Source: Syntrophobacterales bacterium (GTDB taxonomy: Bacteria > Desulfobacterota > Syntrophobacteria > BM002). From it: a DNA stretch of 64,000 nucleotides. Shown piece by piece: positions 47,631 through 57,785 of the stretch (positions are counted from its first letter, which is position 1; each line of letters opens with the position of its first letter). The translations under genes and the position numbers were made by a program. The stretch lies in the NCBI GenBank assembly GCA_050124835.1, contig JASFEM010000006.1, positions 6,110 to 70,109 of the forward strand, in the 5' to 3' direction. The notes under the pieces are model-generated. The model searched no databases, was not told the origin of the DNA, and worked only from the letters and a program-made list of their open reading frames with translations.

Positions 47631-48806
47631 ATGATTATCGAACCGAAGATACGAAATAACGTCTGTGTAAATGCACATCCTCTAGGTTGCGCGGCTCAGG
47701 TGAAGGCCCAGATCAATTATGTAAAGGCTCGGGATAAAGTTGCCAGCCCGCGGCGAGTCGTTGTTATTGGTGCTTCAAATGGCTATGGCCTGGCTGCAAG
47801 AATAGTCTCCGCATTCGGTTCAGGTGCCGCCACCATTGGTATTGGCTATGAGAGCTCGGGCACAGCATCAAGACCGGGCACGGCAGGATGGTACAATACC
47901 GAGTCATTTAAAATGGAGGCTGAGAAAGAGAGATACCAGGCTTGGAACGTGAACGGCGATGCTTTTTCGGAAGAGATCAAGTCCGAGGTTCTGGAGATTG
48001 TCAGAGAAAACCTCGGTGAGGTTGATTTTCTGGTCTACAGCATTGCTGCACCGAGAAGAATGGATCCGAAGACAGGGGAGCTATACTCTTCTGTCATTAA
48101 GCCCATAGGTAAGAGGTTCACCTCCAAAACCGTTAATTTTCTCACAGGGGAGGTAAGTGAGATAACCGCAGATCCTGCCACTGAAGAGGAGATTGGTCAC
48201 ACCGTAAAAGTCATGGGGGGAGAGGATTGGCGACTCTGGATAGGGATGTTCCAGAGAGAGGGGGTACTGGCCAAAAACTTCCTTACCACAGCTTTTTCTT
48301 ACGTCGGCCCCGATTTTACCAGGGCCATTTACCGGGATGGAACCATCGGCAGGGCGAAGAAGGACCTGGAGGAAAAGGCGGTTCAGATCAATGAGCTTCT
48401 GAAGCCGTCCGAGGGAAGGGCAGTTATCAGTGTGAACAAGGCGCTGGTGACAAGAGCAAGTGCCGTAATACCCGCAGTTCCCCTCTATATTGCCCTTCTT
48501 TACAAAGTAATGAAAGAGAAGAAACTGCACGAGGGTTGTATCCAGCAGATGTACAGGTTGTATCACGAGTTTCTCTTTACGGGGGGGCCACCCCCGGTTG
48601 ACCATAAGGGCAGGATACGTCTGGACGATTGGGAAATGCGTGAGGATGTCCAAAAAGAAGTGGCCGGGCTCTGGGGAGAAGTGACAACCGACAACATCAG
48701 AGACCTGGCAGATATGGATGGCTTGCGGGATGAGTTTTTGAGACACCACGGTTTTGGTATGCCAGGAGTAGACTATACTCAAGATGTCGAACCTGACATA
48801 TTCTGA
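47631..48806 (+). CDS. fabV: Enoyl-ACP / trans-2-enoyl-CoA reductase (FabV/Ter family)
   Basis: AHPLGC, IGASNGYGLA, GTAGWYN, NGDAFS, YSIAAPRR, VMGGEDW, GTIGRAK, HEGCIQQ, RLDDWE. Confidence 0.93.
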   Translation: MIIEPKIRNNVCVNAHPLGCAAQVKAQINYVKARDKVASPRRVVVIGASNGYGLAARIVSAFGSGAATIGIGYESSGTASRPGTAGWYNTESFKMEAEKERYQAWNVNGDAFSEEIKSEVLEIVRENLGEVDFLVYSIAAPRRMDPKTGELYSSVIKPIGKRFTSKTVNFLTGEVSEITADPATEEEIGHTVKVMGGEDWRLWIGMFQREGVLAKNFLTTAFSYVGPDFTRAIYRDGTIGRAKKDLEEKAVQINELLKPSEGRAVISVNKALVTRASAVIPAVPLYIALLYKVMKEKKLHEGCIQQMYRLYHEFLFTGGPPPVDHKGRIRLDDWEMREDVQKEVAGLWGEVTTDNIRDLADMDGLRDEFLRHHGFGMPGVDYTQDVEPDIF

Positions 48807-48899
48807 CATACGCCCATTGCCTTAACAGCACGCGAAGGCCTGAAAGCTCAAGTAACTCTGAACACATTTCCACACTCAATTAAGAAGGAAAGATAGAGC

Positions 48900-51077
48900 A
48901 TGCTTGTCGAACTCGAGGGGCAGCTCGAGCGAATCACTTACGCCAATGAGGAGACCGGTTTCACCATCGCCAAGGTGAAAGTGCATGACCGCAAAGAGCT
49001 GGTGACCGTGGTGGGAAATCTTGCCGCTCCCACTCCTGGAGAGGTTATCGCGATGAAGGGCGAGTGGGTGAATCACCCCAGATACGGCGAGCAGTTTAAA
49101 ATAATCCACTACAAAACTCAAACGCCAGCCTCGGTACAAGGTATTGGGAAATACTTGGGTTCCGGCCTCATCAAAGGTATCGGTCCGGTAATGGCCAAAC
49201 GTATTGTGGAAAAATTTGGCAAGGAGACCCTGGAGGTAATTGAAAACAGGGTAGAGAAACTTGCTGAGGTCGAGGGTGTCGGAAAAAAGCGCATCCAAAT
49301 GATCAAAAGAGCCTGGGCCGAGCAGAAGGACATTCGGGAGGTAATGATTTTCTTGCAATCTCATGGGGTCAGTTCAGGCTATGCCACAAAGATTTTCAAA
49401 CACTATGGTAGCAGGTCCATCGAAATGGTGAAGCAGAACCCTTATCTTCTGGCGACAGATGTTTTTGGCATCGGTTTCGTCACAGCCGACAGCATCGCCG
49501 AGAAGTTGGGGTTTGCCCGAGATGCTGAGCTAAGGGCCGAAGCGGGGATTCTTTACGTGCTCAACCAACTTGTCGAAGATGGTCATGTGTACTTTCCCTA
49601 TGAGCGATTGGTAAAGAAGTGCCAGGAGATCCTCAAGGTGGACCGGCAGGTGGTGGTCGAAGCGTTTGGCAGAGTTAGTGTCGACCAAAAAATTGTTATC
49701 GAGGATCTGAACCAAGATATCGAGGAGTTTCGAGAAAACTATAAAGCGGTTTACCTGCCCAAGTACCACTTTTCCGAAACCAATGTTGCCGCTAGGCTTA
49801 AGATTCTGCTGAACACCCCCAAAACGATAAGGAGGATTGATACCGGCAAAGCCGTCGAATGGGTTCAGAACCAACTTCATATCACCCTGGCCCAGAAACA
49901 GTTGGCGGCAATAAGGTGCGCTGCCGAGGACAAGGTGCTGGTGATCACTGGGGGACCGGGGACCGGGAAAACCACAATCATAAACGCGGTTCTGAAAATT
50001 TTTGCAAAACTCGGGGTGGATATCATGCTGGCTGCACCCACTGGCAGGGCGGCGAAACGGATGAGTGAGGCCACAGGTCATGAGGCCAAGACCATTCATC
50101 GGCTATTGGAATATAGCATGCAGAAGGGTGGGTTTCAGAAAGATCAGGATCGGCCACTCAAGTGTGACCTGCTGATCGTGGACGAGGCCTCGATGATTGA
50201 CACTATCCTGATGCACCACCTGCTCAAGGCTGTTCCCCCGAACGCCACCTTTATAATGGTGGGGGATGTTAATCAGCTACCATCGGTTGGCGCCGGAAAC
50301 GTGCTCAAGGACATCATCGACTCGGGTGCGGTCAAAGTGGTGGAATTAGACGAGGTCTTTCGCCAGGCCCAGGAAAGCTCCATCATCGTCAATGCGCATA
50401 AAATCAACAATGGTATTATCCCCTCACTCAAAACCTCTGATAGAAGGGACGACGATTTCTATTTTATCGAGCAGGAAGATCCAGAAGAGGTTTTAAGGAT
50501 CATACTGGAGCTCACGAGAGAGCGGATACCCAACCGTTTCGGCTTGGACCCTGTTGAGCAAATTCAGGTACTGACTCCCATGCACCGGGGTACGGTGGGG
50601 GCTGAGAACCTGAACCTGAGGTTGCAGCAAGCGCTCAATCCTCGAGAAGAGAGTATAAGCCGAGGAGGCATGCATTTCCGGGTCGACGACAAAGTCATGC
50701 AAATAAGAAACAACTACGACAAAGAGATATTCAATGGTGATATGGGGAGAATCGCTCGCATTGATTTTGTAACCAAGGAAGTGACCATCGTTTTTGATGG
50801 GGTTGAAGTATTATACGACTATGCTGACATCGACGAAGTTGTCCTGGCCTACGCCATATCTGTCCATAAAGCGCAGGGCTCCGAATATCCGGCGGTAATT
50901 ATCCCCATTTTGACCCAGCACTACGTGCTCTTACAAAGGAACCTTGTCTACACGGCTGTGACCCGGGGTAGCGAACTAGTGGTCCTGGTCGGCACAAGAA
51001 AAGCGCTTGCTCTTGCGGTCGACAACGATAAGACGCAGAAACGCTATACTTATCTCAGCCACAGGCTGGGCGCGTAG
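48900..51077 (+). CDS. recD2: ATP-dependent RecD2-like DNA helicase
   Basis: HHH region (GIGPVMAKRIV), ITGGPGTGKTT, AAPTGRAAKR, IVDEASM, VGDVNQLPSVG, LAYAISVHKAQGSE, YTAVTR. Confidence 0.95.
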   Translation: MLVELEGQLERITYANEETGFTIAKVKVHDRKELVTVVGNLAAPTPGEVIAMKGEWVNHPRYGEQFKIIHYKTQTPASVQGIGKYLGSGLIKGIGPVMAKRIVEKFGKETLEVIENRVEKLAEVEGVGKKRIQMIKRAWAEQKDIREVMIFLQSHGVSSGYATKIFKHYGSRSIEMVKQNPYLLATDVFGIGFVTADSIAEKLGFARDAELRAEAGILYVLNQLVEDGHVYFPYERLVKKCQEILKVDRQVVVEAFGRVSVDQKIVIEDLNQDIEEFRENYKAVYLPKYHFSETNVAARLKILLNTPKTIRRIDTGKAVEWVQNQLHITLAQKQLAAIRCAAEDKVLVITGGPGTGKTTIINAVLKIFAKLGVDIMLAAPTGRAAKRMSEATGHEAKTIHRLLEYSMQKGGFQKDQDRPLKCDLLIVDEASMIDTILMHHLLKAVPPNATFIMVGDVNQLPSVGAGNVLKDIIDSGAVKVVELDEVFRQAQESSIIVNAHKINNGIIPSLKTSDRRDDDFYFIEQEDPEEVLRIILELTRERIPNRFGLDPVEQIQVLTPMHRGTVGAENLNLRLQQALNPREESISRGGMHFRVDDKVMQIRNNYDKEIFNGDMGRIARIDFVTKEVTIVFDGVEVLYDYADIDEVVLAYAISVHKAQGSEYPAVIIPILTQHYVLLQRNLVYTAVTRGSELVVLVGTRKALALAVDNDKTQKRYTYLSHRLGA

Positions 51078-51407
51078 CGGGAAACCAGCAGGCAGCCGGC
51101 AGCAAAGCGTAGCTGAAAGCGTCCCCTAAAGTACAACTAGGCACTAAGCACCAAGCACTGTGAATCTGATTGAATCCTCGGAAGTTACTATAGATAGTGG
51201 CGGGATCTCGAATGACGAAGCGTAGATTAAAGTATGTTAGTTGAAGTCCTCTACCTGATTACTAGGGCTTCATATTTTAGCGCCTATAAGGCCTCCTCTT
51301 GTCAAGGCATAGACTTATCCCAATAACGCTTAAGAGAAATCGCTCCATACCCCTACTTGTCATTGACGAAGATCTTGTTGCCTAGTCCATTCCGTTGGCT
51401 TACAGAA

Positions 51408-51600
51408 TTACAGTTCACACGGCTTTTGAAGATCCTGGCACCCATGATCAGATCGACCTAAATCTAAATAGGCAGCCCCCGGGTTGACGTAGGCTATGGC
51501 AAGCCTCGGGTTTAGATCTAGGGCCTTAGCAATAGTGGGTGGCTTTGCCGAGGTCATGCCAATGATTGGGTCGGCTTTGGTTTTGCCCTTGCTTGGAAGA
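51408..51600 (-). pseudogene. Frameshifted TPR-protein remnant
   Basis: Minus-strand translation KALDLNPRLAIAYVNPGAAYLDLGRSDHGCQDLQKPCEL*, preceded by HDLGKA in another frame. Confidence 0.5.
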
Positions 51601-51673
51601 TAAAGGCAAAGTATCCAGATTACAGTCGGGATTGGCTCTAAGAAGGGATAAATCCTTTAAAGCTCTTTTTTGG

Positions 51674-52234
51674 CTACTCTTTTATGAAACGCAAAACATA
51701 TCCTTGGGCATAACCGCCGAAGTGAACAAGTCTATTCCAACTCTTCTCTTCAAATCGGAAATTTGCGGCATCTATTTCTTCTATAACATCTTCTATCTCC
51801 AGATCGGCGAGGCACCACATAGGAAAATCTGACTTGCAGTGTTTCGGATAAACGGAAAGAATCCCCTTTTTCTTCAAAACCCGGTACACTTCCTCATACA
51901 AGTCTTTCCGCTGCCGGATATAATGCAAAACATCGTAAAGGAGAACTGCATCAACACTTTCATTGCCTAGGTCAACCTTCAAATCTCTTTTGCAATTCAT
52001 AAAAACAATATTGTCTAAGCCTATCGATCTTGCCCGCTCTGAGAGTTTCGTGAGGACTTCTTTGTCCTTGTCAACTGCGTAGATCTTTCCTTGGCCGTCA
52101 ACCACAATGGCGGCCGGTATGGTATAATAGCCTTCTCCACAGCCGAAATCCAAAATGTACTGCCCCTCTTGGATGCCAATATCCTGCAAAAACACGATTC
52201 CATGTTCAGCGAACCATTTTTCCATTTCTTTCAA
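51674..52234 (-). CDS. Class I SAM-dependent methyltransferase
   Basis: ILDFGCGEG, IYAVD, VDAVLLYDVLH, RVLKKKG. Confidence 0.88.
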   Translation of the reverse strand: MKEMEKWFAEHGIVFLQDIGIQEGQYILDFGCGEGYYTIPAAIVVDGQGKIYAVDKDKEVLTKLSERARSIGLDNIVFMNCKRDLKVDLGNESVDAVLLYDVLHYIRQRKDLYEEVYRVLKKKGILSVYPKHCKSDFPMWCLADLEIEDVIEEIDAANFRFEEKSWNRLVHFGGYAQGYVLRFIKE

Positions 52235-52423
52235 TTTACCCTGTGATGAGCATTTTCACCAGATCAATATGAAAAGGTCATCATTGCGCAGGTTTTCATG
52301 ATCAGCAGGATAAAAACATGAAGGATCTCCTGAGCTGATCAGTATGGCGAGTCTGCGGTAGGGTGTGTTTGGCCGTCGAGGAAGATTGAGTCTGTAGATC
52401 TGAACTGATACGTCACCCTCTTC

Positions 52424-52633
52424 TCAGTAGCCTACTTCCCCTGGAACCTCAGCATATGCCAATTCTTTTTTCAGCCACTCATTATCCTTTTTCAACCGCT
52501 CGTTTTCTGTCTCCAACTCCTCAACACGCTGAAGCAGCCAATCGATGTCGTCTTTGACTGGCCCCGGCGAGGCCTTGGAAAGCCGATCTTTTACCTCACC
52601 TAGTCTATTGCCGGACATTTTCTCATCCCTCAT
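52424..52633 (-). CDS. Small coiled-coil hypothetical protein
   Basis: 69 aa, GAGGGG SD, heptad pattern LLQRVEELETENERLKKDNEWLKKEL. Confidence 0.6.
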   Translation of the reverse strand: MRDEKMSGNRLGEVKDRLSKASPGPVKDDIDWLLQRVEELETENERLKKDNEWLKKELAYAEVPGEVGY

Positions 52634-52954
52634 GTCTACTCGTAGCTTTTGAGTCTATCTTGTAAATTTCATTATTGCACATAAAACCCATAGAAGCGAA
52701 GTAATACCGATCAATCCAGAAAACTCATTCCAATCCCTCCTTTGACAAAGGTGGATAAAGAGATTTTCCGACAATGTCTTCCCTAATACAAACTATAGGC
52801 TCTAAAGACCCTAGTACAGAATGTGGTAGGCGTTTCTAGGGGGGCAGAGTTTAGATTAAAGTATGTAATTCACATTTCAGGTGGTCCAGTTTGGACTTCG
52901 GTTGAGCACGCTTACACTGCTGACCTGGGTCAAAGCGAGCGCTGAGGGAGCTCC

Positions 52955-55159
52955 TCAATCGACCCAGCCGAGAACATCGCGGATCACCGACCACCGCGGC
53001 TGCCGCGGCTTGGCACCGCTCCCTAGGATCCAGTGCTCGTAGAGCTGGTCGAGCGTCTTGTCCTCGCGCTTCAGACGCAACCAGGCATTGATGAAGTCGT
53101 TGAGGGGCTCGGCGTCGCGCGCCATACCGATGGCGACAGGTGCGGCGAGCACACTCGGCTGTGGGATCGCCACGCTGAATTCGGGGTGCATCAGTGTCCA
53201 CGCTGCGCCCCGCTCTCCGGTAATGAGCATCGCGTCCAACTCATCGCTGCGCTGGCGAAAGAAATCTTCGGGTGATGCGAGTTTAACTATCTCCGCATCC
53301 GGAAGGAGTTCCCGGAGTTCATCCACGTAGTAGGCATTTTCGAGCACTCCAATACGCGGTCTCACCAACGACCTGACAGCCTCTCGACTGGCGAATTTCG
53401 ACCGCACGTGGTCTCGCACAAGGAAGCTCATCGTGGCCTTCATGTAGGGATCTGAGAACCTCATCTGGAGCATGCGATCCGGCGTGATCGTCAAACCGGA
53501 CATCACCACATCACATCGACCAGAAGTGAGATCGGCTGCCATCGAATCGAGTGACACCTTGACAAATTCGAGATCGACTCGCATTTCGCGTGCGAGGACA
53601 TTGGCCAGATCAACATCAAGGCCGACCAACTGCGACTTAGAGTTGACGAACACGTTCGGCAGAGAGTCCTCAAGATACCCCACTCGGAGTACGCCGCGTC
53701 GGACGATCTGGTCTAGCCGGGAGATCCCCGGCACGTAGTCGCCTACCGGAACCGTTTCCCGAATTGTGAACGGGACCGGCTCGCCGGCGAGCGTCATCGC
53801 CAAGAAGCTCTCATCCTTCTCGTAATCATGTGGCAGAGCGAATTCGTAGATGGCCCGCAAGCCACCAACCGCGGCAGCAGTGAGGAGCACCGTAATCACG
53901 AGGTAGCGAACAAGGGCAGCTCGCTGTGCTCGAAGTAGCCCCATGGCTGAGCCGCCAATTAGAAGAGCCAGCGCCAACGTGTGAACACCGCCGAGCAACT
54001 GTCCGAAGCGGCCCGTGGAGACATCCAACGCGACGAAGAGCTGGAAGGTGTCGGCGGGTATCCGCATCAAGTCCAGCAGGAATGGCAGCGCGATGACCTC
54101 TGCGAACATGCTTGGGAGACCGGCAGAGAGGAACAGCGGGTACTGACCCGCGGACATCGCGAAGCCTGTCAACCAGCCGGCGAATGGCACGAAACCGAGC
54201 GCGATCAGCTTCCCGAGATGCGGGGTCGTGAAGTTGACGGGCACCGCCACATCGACAGCGCTCTCAGAGTCGCGACTACGCTCCCCGATCTCGGCCAACG
54301 CTTTCTTCGCAGCCTCAGCGATGAGCGGCAAGGTCACGAGTAACGAACCCGTTGCGAAGGCGGTGATGAGCGCATCCTTTCCGAAGCGCATGATCTGGCG
54401 ATAGGAAATCGGCAAGAGCGCCGTAACCAAGCCGGGCACTACCCAGAAGCTCAGCACCAGCGCAATGGCGATGTAAGAGTAGATGTAGACCTGCAGTTGT
54501 ACGAATTCCTCCACGCGCATCGTCCCGGCAGCGACGCCCACAAGTGCGAACACGCCAATGGGGGCCAGTCGCACAACGAATGAGGCAATCGCCATAAAGG
54601 CGTCGGTTAGAGCGTCGAGCAGGGCGAGCACGGACTGTTTCTTCTCCTCCATTGGGATGAGCACGATGCCCAACGCGACACAGAAGAGCACGACGGCCGG
54701 CAGAACACTGTTGGACAAGGATGAGAAGGGGTTCGAAGGCACGTAGAGCCCGATGAAGTCGAAGGCGGGTGGTGTCTCGGCGAGACTGGTGCTGAAGAAT
54801 GTCGCGGAGGTCCAGCTGGGAAAAGTCGCCGGCATGGCGAGTACTGCCAGCGCCCCAATGCCCCAGAACAGAAGCAGTAATGATCCTGCTCGGAGCCCGA
54901 GGCTCGCCGCCTGCTTGGATGTGAGGCGGCCCAGACCGCCGATCAGAGCCACCACGACGTACGGCCACACGGACATCTGGAGCAAACCGATGAACACATC
55001 GCCGACAGGCGCGAAGACCCTCATCATGTCGCCGAAAACGATGCCCGCCACCAGACCGAGGCCGAGGGCAATGAAAATCTGCGCGGAAAGGCCGGGCATT
55101 CGAAACCATTTGCGCTGCAGTGTCTGGGTGTCGCTGACTAAATCCCTGGGAGTACTCAT
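52955..55159 (-). CDS. Dicarboxylate/amino acid:cation symporter fused to a family-3 solute-binding domain
   Basis: N-terminal DAACS-like TMs (TAFATGSLLVTLP), C-terminal SBP_bac_3 (LRVGY...GLDVDLA, DVVMSGLTITPDR, FSDPY); start refined to ATG 55159. Confidence 0.85.
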   Translation of the reverse strand: MSTPRDLVSDTQTLQRKWFRMPGLSAQIFIALGLGLVAGIVFGDMMRVFAPVGDVFIGLLQMSVWPYVVVALIGGLGRLTSKQAASLGLRAGSLLLLFWGIGALAVLAMPATFPSWTSATFFSTSLAETPPAFDFIGLYVPSNPFSSLSNSVLPAVVLFCVALGIVLIPMEEKKQSVLALLDALTDAFMAIASFVVRLAPIGVFALVGVAAGTMRVEEFVQLQVYIYSYIAIALVLSFWVVPGLVTALLPISYRQIMRFGKDALITAFATGSLLVTLPLIAEAAKKALAEIGERSRDSESAVDVAVPVNFTTPHLGKLIALGFVPFAGWLTGFAMSAGQYPLFLSAGLPSMFAEVIALPFLLDLMRIPADTFQLFVALDVSTGRFGQLLGGVHTLALALLIGGSAMGLLRAQRAALVRYLVITVLLTAAAVGGLRAIYEFALPHDYEKDESFLAMTLAGEPVPFTIRETVPVGDYVPGISRLDQIVRRGVLRVGYLEDSLPNVFVNSKSQLVGLDVDLANVLAREMRVDLEFVKVSLDSMAADLTSGRCDVVMSGLTITPDRMLQMRFSDPYMKATMSFLVRDHVRSKFASREAVRSLVRPRIGVLENAYYVDELRELLPDAEIVKLASPEDFFRQRSDELDAMLITGERGAAWTLMHPEFSVAIPQPSVLAAPVAIGMARDAEPLNDFINAWLRLKREDKTLDQLYEHWILGSGAKPRQPRWSVIRDVLGWVD

Positions 55160-55512
55160 TATGCGCTCCAATTGTAAATCTTCATTTCGAGGCAGCCTAT
55201 GCATCGACCACGTGAAGCTGTAGACGCTCGATTATATGGTCCAAATGGGTCTTCAGCCGTCAATAATTAGGCAGAAGTTTTTCTGTATATGCCGACAATC
55301 GAGGACTTTTATAGAAAGTATAGAATCTCTCAATATCTCGGCTACTACAAAAAATAATTATGTGACAGTGACTGTCAATGGGACAAAGCACCCTTGAGTT
55401 GAATTAAGCGGAACAAAAGGAGGGGAGCGAACTGTGGATTACATCCCTTAATCTAAACTTCTGCTGGAATTAAGTCTGACACAAGATGTTGAGATTTTTC
55501 AAGGCAGGGTCA

Positions 55513-56616
55513 CTAGAGGAAAAGTGTCTCACCGTGTTTGAGATGGACCAGGCGGTCTGTCAAACCTTCCTCTTCCATCTCTTTATTGATATCAATCGGC
55601 GGAAAATGGACGGGTTCATCACCCAGGCGGAAGGTTCCCCAGTGGGCAATCATGAGCCTTTTGGCTCCCAGTTCCTTAAAGGCCTGGACCGTTTCTTTTG
55701 GGTTCATGTGGCTGCCTGCCATGAACCAGCGCGGCTCATAGGCGCCAAGGTTAATAACCGCCAGGTCTATGGCGAATTCTCGGCCAATTTCATGAAAACG
55801 GTCAAAATAGGCAGTGTCCCCCGAGATGAAAATCGTTGGGCCACTAGCAGTTCTGATCATGTAGGAACCCCAGAGGGAGCGGTTGGGACCCTCAAATGGA
55901 TTGCGCATGGTCCAATGATCACAAGGCAGGAAGATGATTTCCCTTTTGCTGTCCTGGAAGGTATCAAACCAATCCAGTTGGGTGCGACGGGTCATTTTGA
56001 GATCGGCAAAGGTGTCATTATATCCCAGCGGGGTAATGACGTGGGTGTCTTTGTCCAACTTGGCAAGTGAGTGGGTATCCAGGTGATCGTAGTGGCCGTG
56101 AGTTAGGAGGACGTGGTCGGGTCGGGGCATTTCAGCCAACCCCGATTGCAAAGGAGTGTAATCCTTTATGAAAGGGAATATTTCAAAGAAGACCGGATCC
56201 ACCAGGATATACTGATCTCGGTCTCTGATCATAATACTGGCATGCTTCAGGAAGGTGACGGAGAGCTCTCCGTGAGCTCGAACCGGCTCCCAGTCTATGG
56301 AGACGGGTTGCACCGGCTCTTGGTCGTAATATGACCTGAACTCATTTTCACCGAACAGCTTCCAATGCAAAACGCGCAGCATGTTCCCATGCTTTTTTGT
56401 AGTGAAGGGATTTATGAAGCGGTCTTCGCCGTGGTGTAGTTTTTTTTGAGCTAATCCTCTGAGACTGTAGTCTTTGAAAGGCGACGGCGGAAGGTCCTCC
56501 CCGTGTTTGGCGGCACCAGACTGAAGATTGGTACAACCCAAAGCGAGATTTAGCAGGGCTGCCTTCTTTCCTAAGTTCAGAAGATTTCTGAGAAACATGC
56601 GTCGGTCCATCGTCAC
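55513..56616 (-). CDS. Tat-exported MBL-fold metallo-hydrolase (NAPE-PLD/RomA-like)
   Basis: DRRMFL twin-arginine motif, THGHYDHLD, HWTMR, LWGSY, GDTAY, GAYEP, HWGTFRL. Confidence 0.88.
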   Translation of the reverse strand: MTMDRRMFLRNLLNLGKKAALLNLALGCTNLQSGAAKHGEDLPPSPFKDYSLRGLAQKKLHHGEDRFINPFTTKKHGNMLRVLHWKLFGENEFRSYYDQEPVQPVSIDWEPVRAHGELSVTFLKHASIMIRDRDQYILVDPVFFEIFPFIKDYTPLQSGLAEMPRPDHVLLTHGHYDHLDTHSLAKLDKDTHVITPLGYNDTFADLKMTRRTQLDWFDTFQDSKREIIFLPCDHWTMRNPFEGPNRSLWGSYMIRTASGPTIFISGDTAYFDRFHEIGREFAIDLAVINLGAYEPRWFMAGSHMNPKETVQAFKELGAKRLMIAHWGTFRLGDEPVHFPPIDINKEMEEEGLTDRLVHLKHGETLFL

Positions 56617-56726
56617 TCAAACCATTAATTCTTCCTGTCCTAAAAATGATTACTTTGGAACTGTAATGAGAAACAACTAATAAGCACGGGAAGGGTAAAA
56701 GGCAAGCCTAATAACTGGACGGATGA

Positions 56727-57410
56727 TCAAAGGTTAATGATCAATTGAACAATCTGGTCGGAGTTGGAGAGGTCAGAGACCACATGGTTGGCTTCGGTTT
56801 TATTCAACTGCTCAACTGAGTAGGGGCCGGTGGCCACGGCAATGGAAGAGGCACCGTGGACCCGGGCACATTCCACATCCCTTGGTGTATCGCCAATGAC
56901 CACACAATGGTCGTAGGCCAAAGAGACGTTTTCGATCTCCCTGAGTCTTAGCACAGCAATTGGCAAGAGCTCGTGTCGATCCTCAGAATCACTTCCAAAG
57001 GCGCCGACCTGAAAAAATTCCATTAGGCCGAACTGGCCCAATTTGAGCTCCGCCCCTTTTTTGAAATTGCCGGTCAGAAGACCGAGATGAACATCCTCGG
57101 TGTCGCTAAGTATTTGTAGAATTTCCCAAACGCCAACTTTAACGTGACCTGCGCCATTGGAGAGCTCGCCACTGAGATAAGAAAGATAGAGGTTGATTAT
57201 AGCGTGCGGCAGGTCACCACTTTGGGAAAGGCCCAAACTTTTCAAACCTTCCCTCACAATCTGCAGGTCTGTCTTCCCCGCAAAGCTTATTCCCCTAAAG
57301 CCTTCTTTGACACCTGTAAGCTTTGTCAAGGCACGGTCCAGGGCGCGATTGCTAGCTCCGTCCGACCCTATGAGAGTGCCATCAATGTCAAACAAAACGA
57401 ATTTAGTCAT
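56727..57410 (-). CDS. HAD-family hydrolase
   Basis: LFDIDGTL, GKTD, GLLTGN, VIGDTPRDVECA. Confidence 0.9.
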   Translation of the reverse strand: MTKFVLFDIDGTLIGSDGASNRALDRALTKLTGVKEGFRGISFAGKTDLQIVREGLKSLGLSQSGDLPHAIINLYLSYLSGELSNGAGHVKVGVWEILQILSDTEDVHLGLLTGNFKKGAELKLGQFGLMEFFQVGAFGSDSEDRHELLPIAVLRLREIENVSLAYDHCVVIGDTPRDVECARVHGASSIAVATGPYSVEQLNKTEANHVVSDLSNSDQIVQLIINL

Positions 57411-57444
57411 TGTTGATTCCAAATTACTGAAGGCATAGAGCTAT

Positions 57445-57780
57445 ACCATTTCGGATTTCGGATTTCGGATTGCGGATTTTAAAAAGGGTATCTGTTCCGT
57501 TTACCGTTCACTGTTCACCTTTGACCCGCGGGAGTTGGGATTTCGGATTTTGAAATTATAAATAGTGATCTCCGTTCTCTGATCTCTGACCTCTATCGTC
57601 CGCCCTTTAATCCCCTTCTCGCCGTTTCTCCCCGCCCCCGTGCCTGCCCGCCATCGGCTTCGCCTTCAGGCGAGGCGGGCGGGTCGTCCCGCTGTGCCTA
57701 GTGCTTAGTCCCTAGTGCCTAGTTTTCAATGCTGCCAGCTGCTGGCTGTCTGCTGCAAGCTGGGCAAAGGCCTTGCGCCT
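57445..57780. repeat. Composite cassette, copy B, with an inserted hairpin
   Basis: Homologous to 37372-37640, plus a GC hairpin at 57643-57683. Confidence 0.9.
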
Positions 57781-57785
57781 TTTAC

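Noticed and set aside
52870-52900. TCAGGTGGTCCAGTTTGGAC as a possible IS3-like end beside the GC-rich transporter
   Set aside because: No matching inverted partner, TSD or transposase remnant found.
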